Positions 55,888-62,697 of a stretch of DNA of 64,000 nucleotides are shown here, piece by piece. A model generated the notes under the pieces. It was not told the origin of the DNA. It did no database searches and saw only the letters and a program-made list of their open reading frames with translations. A program made the translations under genes and the position numbers. How positions within the stretch are numbered: position 1 is the first letter of the stretch; every line of letters begins with the position of its first letter. Origin of the DNA: Elusimicrobiota bacterium (lineage in GTDB: Bacteria; Elusimicrobiota; Elusimicrobia; 2-01-FULL-59-12); assembly GCA_041660185.1 (NCBI GenBank), contig JBAZWU010000011.1, forward strand, positions 28,883 to 92,882. The letters are read 5' to 3'.

Positions 55888-56091
55888 TCAGGACGTGGTG
55901 GCGCCGGAATCCCGGGCGGTTGTCACGCTTGCCCGCCGGCAACCGTTGGAGGTCCGACATCCCTTTGTTCCTCTGACAGACAAGCTGGTGCCGCTTCGTG
56001 TGCATGTGCTGAGAATGGCCTGCTCCCGGCGGAGCACAACTTGGGTGATTTGCGGGGACTGATACGGCTTTTTTTCAGTTACAGTCGTCAT
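55888..56091 (-). CDS. candidate RiPP precursor peptide (67 aa: leader MTTVTEKKPYQSPQITQVVLRREQAIL; Cys/Ser/Thr/Arg-rich core)
   Basis: The ATG starts immediately after the TAA of the upstream radical SAM gene. A strong SD 'AGAGGGAGAG' lies 5-14 nt upstream. My translation gives MTTVTEKKPYQSPQITQ... as listed. The core has 3 Cys and 18 Ser/Thr. Confidence 0.5.
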   Translation of the reverse strand: MTTVTEKKPYQSPQITQVVLRREQAILSTCTRSGTSLSVRGTKGCRTSNGCRRASVTTARDSGATTS

Positions 56092-57141
56092 TTAGCTCTC
56101 CCTCTGTGCGATAAACATCGCTTTTTTCTCCGCGACTTCCCGAAAATAGGGCATGCAAGGGGCATCAAATGCTTTTTGGTCCAACCAACCATCCATGCTT
56201 CCCCGATCGCAATGAAACGCGATCGGACAGGATGAGCACGCGTAGGCAGGGCCCGGCTTCTGCGCCGCGACAAACTTCACCAACGTTTGCCAGCCTTTTT
56301 CAACCGACCCCGCCGTCACATCATACGACGGATGATGGATGCAGACACAAAGATTCATCCGGCCATGAGGCGTCAAAGCGGCGTTGCTCTTGCCACAAAG
56401 ACAATCGAACAGTTTCCCGGCGGAACCGCATTTCCCCTCCAAGGATCCGCCGGCCTCTTGCATTGGCTTTCCGCTATTTTCACGCCATATCTCGAAAACC
56501 CTGGCAGGCGACAACCGGTACATCAAGGGTTCTTTTGAACCGTCCACTCTGGGATAGATGTCCGTGCCGATCCGATAGGGCAGTTGACGGGACCGGGCGA
56601 AGTCTTTCATGGGCTCCAGTTCGTGTTCATTCAGCGTCATCAAAACGAGTTTCAGCAGGATGGGGATATGCCTTTCTTTCAGCCAATCAACCCCCTCGAC
56701 AAAATGAGCGTAGGAACCGGGGATGCGCGTCACAGATTCATAACTGTCAGCCGTGGCGCCATAAACGGAAATTTCCACCAGATAAGGATCCAACTCCGCC
56801 ATCTGATCCGCCAGCGCCGGCGTGATCAGAGTGGCGTTCGTAGTGATCGTAATCACCATCCCAAGTGAGCGGGCATACCGCATAATCTCACAGGCATCCC
56901 GCCGGGTGAACACCTCTCCTCCGGTGAAACCGATCCACAGGCATCCCTGAGCCGCCATCTCATCTAACAGTCGGTAAACCTGTTCCGTGGTCAGTTCCTG
57001 TTTCGCTTCGTGGGTTGTGTTATAACAGTGCACGCAGCGCAGGTTGCAGCCGTACGTCAGCTCCACCGTGGCCTGAATCCACTGCGGACGGGCCTTGGCG
57101 TCCTCACTCAGCTGATCGATGAATTGATCAAACTCTTTCAT
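56092..57141 (-). CDS. radical SAM/SPASM domain peptide-modifying enzyme (rSAM-1)
   Basis: 'TYGCNLRCVHCY' is CxxxCxxC. The C-terminal Cys-rich SPASM region is 'CGSAGKLFDCLCGKS...CVCIHH...CSSCPIAFHCDRG'. The start is placed at 'MKEFDQ' (14-nt overlap with the kinase gene). Confidence 0.85.
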   Translation of the reverse strand: MKEFDQFIDQLSEDAKARPQWIQATVELTYGCNLRCVHCYNTTHEAKQELTTEQVYRLLDEMAAQGCLWIGFTGGEVFTRRDACEIMRYARSLGMVITITTNATLITPALADQMAELDPYLVEISVYGATADSYESVTRIPGSYAHFVEGVDWLKERHIPILLKLVLMTLNEHELEPMKDFARSRQLPYRIGTDIYPRVDGSKEPLMYRLSPARVFEIWRENSGKPMQEAGGSLEGKCGSAGKLFDCLCGKSNAALTPHGRMNLCVCIHHPSYDVTAGSVEKGWQTLVKFVAAQKPGPAYACSSCPIAFHCDRGSMDGWLDQKAFDAPCMPYFREVAEKKAMFIAQRES

Positions 57142-58012
57142 AAAGATAACGGACGATACGGTTGTCTTGAGTAAAGCGCAGTTCGCCGCTGGGAACATCC
57201 TTGACCAGGCGGGTCGCTGCCTCCACGAGCCGTGCCATGGCTTCCTGATTCCAAAGAGGCAAATACGCTTCCGTGAAAATCGATTTCAATACGGGCTGAG
57301 GCGGCCGCGGGAGAAACTGATTGTCCGTCGCCTGGACCAGAACTGAAAAACGCTTGAGAAGCGCTGCCCCCTTGGAAACCTGCCGAAGCTCGCCGTGCCA
57401 GGGCGTTCCCGCTACGTGCCAGTGTTTTCCCTCCCGCCAGAGAAGAATACGCTCGTCATTCAGCACCTGAGCGGAAGAATGTGTCCGGAAGAGCCTGGAA
57501 ATCGTGGTCTTGCCGGCGCCGGAGTGACCGATGAATGCCAGCCCCTTGCCCGACAGAGAAACCGCTGCCCCATGCAAAATCATCCCTTTCCTCCGAAGCG
57601 CCAGCCAGCCGGTCAGCCACCATTGGATCAAAGGCTCGGCCACATCTCCCAGGTACCACCCCTTCTGGCGAAGCCCGGGTGACCGGTACGTGAGCGGAAT
57701 CAGATGGAGATCGATTTGATCCCACTTCGGGGTGATGAAACACACCTGCCTGGGCAGAAAATGCATTTGTTCCAGAATTTCCAATCGCACTCTGCCCCTC
57801 TCCTGGTAGACGCGCCATTGATTGGGAAGCTCATAAAGGAAGCGGGGCTTCCCATGCGGCTTGGGCGCATCGGTCCGGACCTGGATGGTCACGGTCGGCG
57901 GGAGAGAATTTCTGTCTTCAAAGACACCGCAAAATTCATGCGGCCAATCATGCGGCGGGGTATCCGCGATAAATCGAATGACGGCAGGGCCGATTTTGAT
58001 AGTGAGCTTCAT
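57128..58012 (-). CDS. HPr kinase/phosphorylase C-terminal-domain-like protein (HprK-related kinase)
   Basis: 'GMILHGAAVSLSGKGLAFIGHSGAGKTT' is a P-loop in the HprK-C context. It overlaps the rSAM-2 stop (ATGA) and the rSAM-1 start. Confidence 0.7.
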   Translation of the reverse strand: MKLTIKIGPAVIRFIADTPPHDWPHEFCGVFEDRNSLPPTVTIQVRTDAPKPHGKPRFLYELPNQWRVYQERGRVRLEILEQMHFLPRQVCFITPKWDQIDLHLIPLTYRSPGLRQKGWYLGDVAEPLIQWWLTGWLALRRKGMILHGAAVSLSGKGLAFIGHSGAGKTTISRLFRTHSSAQVLNDERILLWREGKHWHVAGTPWHGELRQVSKGAALLKRFSVLVQATDNQFLPRPPQPVLKSIFTEAYLPLWNQEAMARLVEAATRLVKDVPSGELRFTQDNRIVRYLYERV

Positions 58013-59274
58013 GACGATGCCCCCTCACCCCTACCCTCCCCCTCAACAGGGGGAGGGAGCGTAAGATTTTTCGCGGATGTATCCCCTCTCCCTGCTGAGG
58101 GAGAGGGGCTGGGGGTGAAGGTCAAGATGCTGGCAGTTTGCCGAGCTTTCGCTACTTCACAGAAATAAGGGACCGGCGCTTCCATGGACCCTGCCTCATG
58201 GATCGCCATCACGGGATTTTTGTCGCAGAACAGATGGGAGGAACAACTCCGGCACGCCGACTCCCCGGTGTAGCGGGCCTGATTGATTTCCTCGGCTGAG
58301 CGCTGGAACGCCTCGGAAACAGGGATCGTTTTCAGATCATACGACGGCCAGGTGGTGAACGTGCAGGGGCGAAACACACCGTACGGACTGACCGTCAATT
58401 GATTGGTCCCGCATCCGCAGCGAAAGAGCCGGTCATCCGGGGGGGGACCCTCACCCCAACCCTCCCCCTCAACAGGGGGAGGGAGTATGAAATCTGCGGG
58501 GGATCCCCCCTCTCCCTGTTGAGGGAGAGGGCAAGCAGGACGACCGCTAGGTCGGACAGGCGCGGGTGAGGGTTTACACTCCTCTGCCACCTCCAGTTCA
58601 GCCACCTCGGCTCCAGATAACCGGTACTGCGTGGAGGAAAGGTCCCCGTTCAAACGCGGGTAAATCGTGGGATAGAGACTGAAATCCACCCCCAATCCTT
58701 CCACGTACGCTCTGATCTCGCCCAATTCCTGACGATTAACGGTCATGGCCTTGGTTTTGATCGCCACCGACAAACGCCGGTCCAGTAACCGGCGGATCCC
58801 TGCCTGAAAACACGCGTAGGAACCCGGCACCTGGGTCACCCGCTCAAAGGTCTCGGCACGAACGCCATGCAAACTCACCTCCAACTGAAAGGGAGGGTCC
58901 TTGGCGAGAAAATCCGCGATCTCGTCCGTGATCGTTGTCCCGTTGGTGAATAACGCGATCAGGAATCCTCTCTCCTTGGCCGCACGATATATATCCTTGA
59001 ATCGCGGATGAAGTACCGCTTCTCCTCCGGTGAGGGTAAGCCAGAGCACGCCGGCGGAGGCCAGGTCGTCAAGAATCCGGATCATTCCCGGCAGCGGCAA
59101 TTCCCGCGACAACGCCGTCGGGGTGTTAAAGGGGTCTGTAAAACAATGGACGCAATGGAGATTACATCGGTAAGTCAGTTCCAACTGTGCCTTGAGAGGA
59201 CTCCGATTTTCGACGCTCCGGGAAAAGACCCGGGCGCTGAACACACTGTACATTTCTTCTTGAAACTTGCTCAT
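58009..59274 (-). CDS. radical SAM/SPASM domain enzyme (rSAM-2) carrying in-frame repeat-encoded P/G/E-rich linker and C-terminal tail
   Basis: 'TYRCNLHCVHCF' is the rSAM motif. SPASM 'CGCGTN...CTFTT...CRSCSSHLFCDK'. The segment 'PLPQQGEGGSPADFILPPPVEGEGWGEGPPP' between the rSAM and SPASM domains and the tail 'LPPPVEGEGRGEGASS' are encoded by the palindromic repeats at 58447-58572 and 58021-58120. Confidence 0.8.
   Translation of the reverse strand: MSKFQEEMYSVFSARVFSRSVENRSPLKAQLELTYRCNLHCVHCFTDPFNTPTALSRELPLPGMIRILDDLASAGVLWLTLTGGEAVLHPRFKDIYRAAKERGFLIALFTNGTTITDEIADFLAKDPPFQLEVSLHGVRAETFERVTQVPGSYACFQAGIRRLLDRRLSVAIKTKAMTVNRQELGEIRAYVEGLGVDFSLYPTIYPRLNGDLSSTQYRLSGAEVAELEVAEECKPSPAPVRPSGRPACPLPQQGEGGSPADFILPPPVEGEGWGEGPPPDDRLFRCGCGTNQLTVSPYGVFRPCTFTTWPSYDLKTIPVSEAFQRSAEEINQARYTGESACRSCSSHLFCDKNPVMAIHEAGSMEAPVPYFCEVAKARQTASILTFTPSPSPSAGRGDTSAKNLTLPPPVEGEGRGEGASS
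58021..58120. repeat. P/G/E-coding palindromic 'GEG' repeat, copy C (overlapping rSAM-2 3' end / HprK-like start)
   Basis: 'cccctcacccctaccctccccctcaacagggggagggag...cccctctccctgctgagggagaggggctgggggtgaagg'. Confidence 0.8.
58447..58572. repeat. P/G/E-coding palindromic 'GEG' repeat, copy D (long variant), inserted in-frame inside rSAM-2
   Basis: 'ccctcaccccaaccctccccctcaacagggggagggag...cccccctctccctgttgagggagagggcaagcaggacgaccgctaggtcggacaggcgcgggtgaggg'. It shares its tail with copy A (26757-26886). Confidence 0.8.
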
Positions 59275-59306
59275 TTCCTAAACCCTCTAACGAACACATC
59301 TACGGA

Positions 59307-59396
59307 ACCCTCATCCGGCCTGCGGCCACCTTCCCTCTCAACAGGGGGAAGGACATTCTCCCTCTCCCTGTTGAGGGAGAGGGGACGGGGGTGAGG
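59307..59396. repeat. P/G/E-coding palindromic 'GEG' repeat, copy E (intergenic between rSAM-3 and rSAM-2)
   Basis: 'ccttccctctcaacagggggaagga...ccctctccctgttgagggagaggggacgggggtgaggg'. Confidence 0.8.
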
Positions 59397-59397
59397 G

Positions 59398-61575
59398 TTA
59401 AATGGTTTGGACAGCACCGATCGCCCGAAGTTCCGACAAATACGTCGCGACGTCCTGTTCGGCAACAGCGGAATCCACTGTAAATGCTTTTCCCAGCAAC
59501 GCTGTCAGTTCCCGGCCCGTACGCCGGCCGTCAATCTGTTCCCACAGGAAAGCGCCGACCTCATTCAACGTATAAAGAGATGGCTCCTGATTCGGCTGCC
59601 GGTTCGCGGGAACCAGAACCATCTCCCCCGCCACCCGGCGGGCCACCATCGTCGGGCACTTTTGAAACCGAAAATCCAGCTGTTCTGTTGAAGCCGCCAT
59701 GATCGTTCCTCCGCTTTTTTTCAGGTTCTGTATGATGCTGTTCCAGTTCTGTCGGGCGGCCGGCCACTCCGGGTCCAACTCCATCAAGCGCTCGTATTCC
59801 CGCAGGGCCGGTTCCCACTGTTTGAGAAATTCTTCCTTGTAAGCGGGCGTAGCATACAACGTTCGATAAGAGGGGTCCAGGGAAATCATCCGCTCCCAGG
59901 CTTCCCGGGCCGACGGGACATCGTTCCGCCCGAGGGCTTCGCAGACTTGCTCATAAACGCGCGCCGCCGAGCCGGCAGGCGGTTGATCCTCGACGAGAGC
60001 AGCGGGATCCAGCAGCGCGCGCTGAATGAGATCGCCGAAATATTTGTACCGCAGCGGCGTGTATCCTTTATTGACCGAGTACGAAAGGGTCACAAAGTCC
60101 GTCGGCAGCTCAACGGCCCGGAGACGCCGGAGAAAGTGACTCGGCTGCAGCCAGGGACCGGCGTAGTCGCTGTCAAAATACGGAAACAATCCAGTCCCGT
60201 CGATGTGGCGAGTCAGGAGATAATCCACATCGATGTCCAGGAGAACCGGTTTTATAAAGCGGGGCAGCGACTCCAGCCGGCACACCGTCAACGGGCATCC
60301 CATCAATAGGAGATGAATCCCTGTCTCGGAAACCCGTAAAGGGCCTGCCGAATCCGGTCTCGCATGAATCATTTCGTTAATCCATTGAATGAGTTTCTGC
60401 CGTTGGTCAGGGGTTTCCCAAAAACCATCAGGGATGACCCAATAAAGCTCGCGGATGAAGCCTTCCCGGATGGCTGGATAAAGGAAATTACCACTGTCCA
60501 TCGCTTTATGCGGAGGATGGTCATCGATCCAGAAAAAATCCAGATGACCGTCCAGATGAATCAGGGTTCGGCCCTGGACTCCAGCGTCTTTCCAGAGGGT
60601 GTAGGCCGTCTCATGATCTTCCATCAGATGGATCGACTTCGAAGGAATCGGATCAGCCGCCGCCAGGGATTTCTTTCGGGGGCAGGGAAAGCTCGGCAGC
60701 GCTTTGTAAAACCCTTCCAGAAAGGAGCCTCGTCTCAAGTCGTAGCTGGCCCGCCGGTTGTTGGAACACAGCTGAAGCTGCCCGTACGCATCGATGTGGA
60801 ATTTGTAGCGTCCCCCCTGACAGGGGAAGTCATCGGGGTATGTGGCGTGGCCGTCACGCTCCCGCTCCGCCCAGAGCTGAGGGTCCTGACGCTCGATGGC
60901 CGCCAGGTCTTTGTCGGACAACTGGAATCGCAGAGGGGCTCCACTGCCGGTCAGATCATCGAGCAGGTGTTCTCCAAACTGAAAAGACACGCCGGGACCG
61001 AAGTCGTCCACATAACGTTTGATCGCCAAAATCTCGTCCCGGTTCAGCGTCGTCCCCACTGTTTTCAACGTCACCGGGATCTGCCGTTCCATCAAAAGCC
61101 GAACCGCCTCCACATTCAGGGGACGTAGTTGCAACTTTGCACAAACAGCATCAGAGATCGCATGAAGGCTGATTTCCACCCGCACGGGAGGCATCCTGGC
61201 CCATTGATCGGCGATCTCGCGCGTGATGAGCGTTCCATTGGAGAAAACCGTAATGAGAAATCCAAAACGGTGAGCGGTTTCATAAATCTCCATGAAATCA
61301 GGCCGGCACAGCGGCTCCCCGCCGGTGAACGTGACTTCCAGGCAACCCGCGGCCTGGATCTCATGGAGAATGCGAAGGATGTCAGCGGTAGGAAGCTCCT
61401 GACGGATCCGCTCCGGCGTATTGAAACAATCCGTATAGCACATGGCACACGTCAGATTGCACCGGCAGGTGAGTTCCCACTGGCCGACCAAAGGAGCGCG
61501 ACCCTGGAGAGAACGGGCCAAGACTTGATCGCCGAAAACCTGCGATGAGCGGGTCGGGAAAGCGGGGATGGCCAT
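59398..61575 (-). CDS. multidomain protein: radical SAM (twitch/SPASM-like) domain + ~300-aa uncharacterised domain + TPR-like segment + C-terminal PqqD-like (RRE) domain (rSAM-3)
   Basis: 'LTCRCNLTCAMCY' is the rSAM cluster motif. The middle has a 'HLDGHLDFFWIDD' metal-site-like motif. The C-terminus 'LYTLNEVGAFLWEQIDGRRTGRELTALLGKAFTVDSAVAEQDVATYLSELRAIGAV' matches the PqqD fold pattern. The start is placed at 'MAIPAF'; the listed ORF starts within a REP. Confidence 0.75.
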   Translation of the reverse strand: MAIPAFPTRSSQVFGDQVLARSLQGRAPLVGQWELTCRCNLTCAMCYTDCFNTPERIRQELPTADILRILHEIQAAGCLEVTFTGGEPLCRPDFMEIYETAHRFGFLITVFSNGTLITREIADQWARMPPVRVEISLHAISDAVCAKLQLRPLNVEAVRLLMERQIPVTLKTVGTTLNRDEILAIKRYVDDFGPGVSFQFGEHLLDDLTGSGAPLRFQLSDKDLAAIERQDPQLWAERERDGHATYPDDFPCQGGRYKFHIDAYGQLQLCSNNRRASYDLRRGSFLEGFYKALPSFPCPRKKSLAAADPIPSKSIHLMEDHETAYTLWKDAGVQGRTLIHLDGHLDFFWIDDHPPHKAMDSGNFLYPAIREGFIRELYWVIPDGFWETPDQRQKLIQWINEMIHARPDSAGPLRVSETGIHLLLMGCPLTVCRLESLPRFIKPVLLDIDVDYLLTRHIDGTGLFPYFDSDYAGPWLQPSHFLRRLRAVELPTDFVTLSYSVNKGYTPLRYKYFGDLIQRALLDPAALVEDQPPAGSAARVYEQVCEALGRNDVPSAREAWERMISLDPSYRTLYATPAYKEEFLKQWEPALREYERLMELDPEWPAARQNWNSIIQNLKKSGGTIMAASTEQLDFRFQKCPTMVARRVAGEMVLVPANRQPNQEPSLYTLNEVGAFLWEQIDGRRTGRELTALLGKAFTVDSAVAEQDVATYLSELRAIGAVQTI
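61119..61141. repeat. single REP copy lying in-frame inside the rSAM-3 coding sequence (encodes ...AKLQLRPL...)
   Basis: Exact 23-bp 'ggggacgtagttgcaactttgca'. Protein length around it appears normal for the rSAM fold. Confidence 0.8.
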
Positions 61576-61592
61576 GCCGTTATCGTAGGACG

Positions 61593-62621
61593 TCAGGGGA
61601 CGTAGTTGCAACTTTGCATATTGAGTCTTTCCTTAAGCTCAAACCGATGGGCCAGGCGCTGACCTCGTTCAAATGCCCTGCTGGCGGTGCTCGTTGATAG
61701 AACGAGTTGCTTCCCCATCCCGGTGACAGATTGCTTAAACCAGACTACTCCGGCATATACCGCCATGGCCTTCGCATCTGACAGCGCGCGCCGCTGACCC
61801 GTTTCGGAAAAGTAATGGGGGTCTTCTCCGGTCAGATCGGCAATAAGATCCAATACCTTTTCAAAATTGATTGATTTTGGAATGGGCGTTTCATCACAAC
61901 CGTCTTTCGCCTTGCGCAGGGTTTCTTCCACAAAAGCACTGTCCCCCAGCAAACGTAGGTCGTACGCGTAGGCTTCACCGCTTCTGATGGCCTGCAGAGC
62001 AGGACCTCCCCCTCCCCAACTACGAATAAGTCCGCCTCCTTCTAACTGGTCCTGTCGTTTCTGACTCCAAGCCTCCATTACAAATAATTCGTAGTTTGCC
62101 CGCGCCTGGCGCAAAGTCGGGCCAAAACGTTCAAGAACTTTCCCGGCAACCTGCCAGGGCCTGTCTAAGGTACCCATCAGAGCCGAGTGGCTTGTCCAAG
62201 GATAGACAGCCAGTTCAGAAGGCGATCGGACAATTCCCGCGCGCACTGGGTTAAGAGCGATATAACGTATCAGCTCCAGAAAATAGGGATCCTCCTGACA
62301 GATGATGTCCTTGTATCGGTTTTGAAACAAATGACCGGCGCGCTGATAGCGCAGGTTAAATGAGACGGCATACCCAGTCAAAAGCTTTTGCATGACCCGA
62401 GAAATGCGCGTGGAAGCCGTCTGGAGCAACAGGTGCAGGTGATTAGGCATGAGCGCCCAGGCGTAACAGAGGGTTTTCGTTTCTTGGAGGATGCGACCTA
62501 ACCGGTCGGCGAATTCGGAGTAATCTCGATTTGATCTAAAAATAGAGCGTTTTTCAATTCCCCTCGCGATTACGTGATGAAAGAGTCCAGGGAAGTCGAT
62601 ACGAGGTAAACGTGGCATCAC
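61593..62621 (-). mobile_element. REP-associated tyrosine transposase (RAYT; IS200/IS605-family Y1 HUH transposase) with ~190-aa C-terminal extension, flanked by inverted REPs (61596-61618 and 62665-62687)
   Basis: 'MPRLPRIDFPGLFHHVIARGIEKRSIFRSNRDYSEFADRL...YAWALMPNHLHLLLQT' contains the HuH motif (HLH) and the Y1 architecture. The REP at its 3' end encodes the C-terminal '...MQSCNYVP'. An inverted REP with 1 mismatch lies 44 bp upstream of the start. Confidence 0.75.
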
Positions 62622-62697
62622 TTACTTAGATAAAGTTTTTGGCGATATATTCGAGGGGGTGCTATGAAAAGTTGCAACTACGTCCCCTGACGTTGGT

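Noticed and set aside
59271-59465. 64-aa ORF between rSAM-3 and rSAM-2 as an alternative precursor peptide
   Set aside because: It is encoded entirely by palindromic repeat copy E plus the rSAM-3 3' end, is Arg/Pro-rich with no RBS, and looks like repeat read-through rather than a gene.
38583-62687. Considered whether the recurring 23-bp 'GGGGACGTAGTTGCAACTTTGCA' repeats form a CRISPR array
   Set aside because: The copies are in inverted orientation as pairs with irregular spacing, scattered over 24 kb. One pair flanks an IS200-like Y1 transposase, which is the REP/RAYT signature rather than a regularly spaced direct-repeat array. No cas genes are present.
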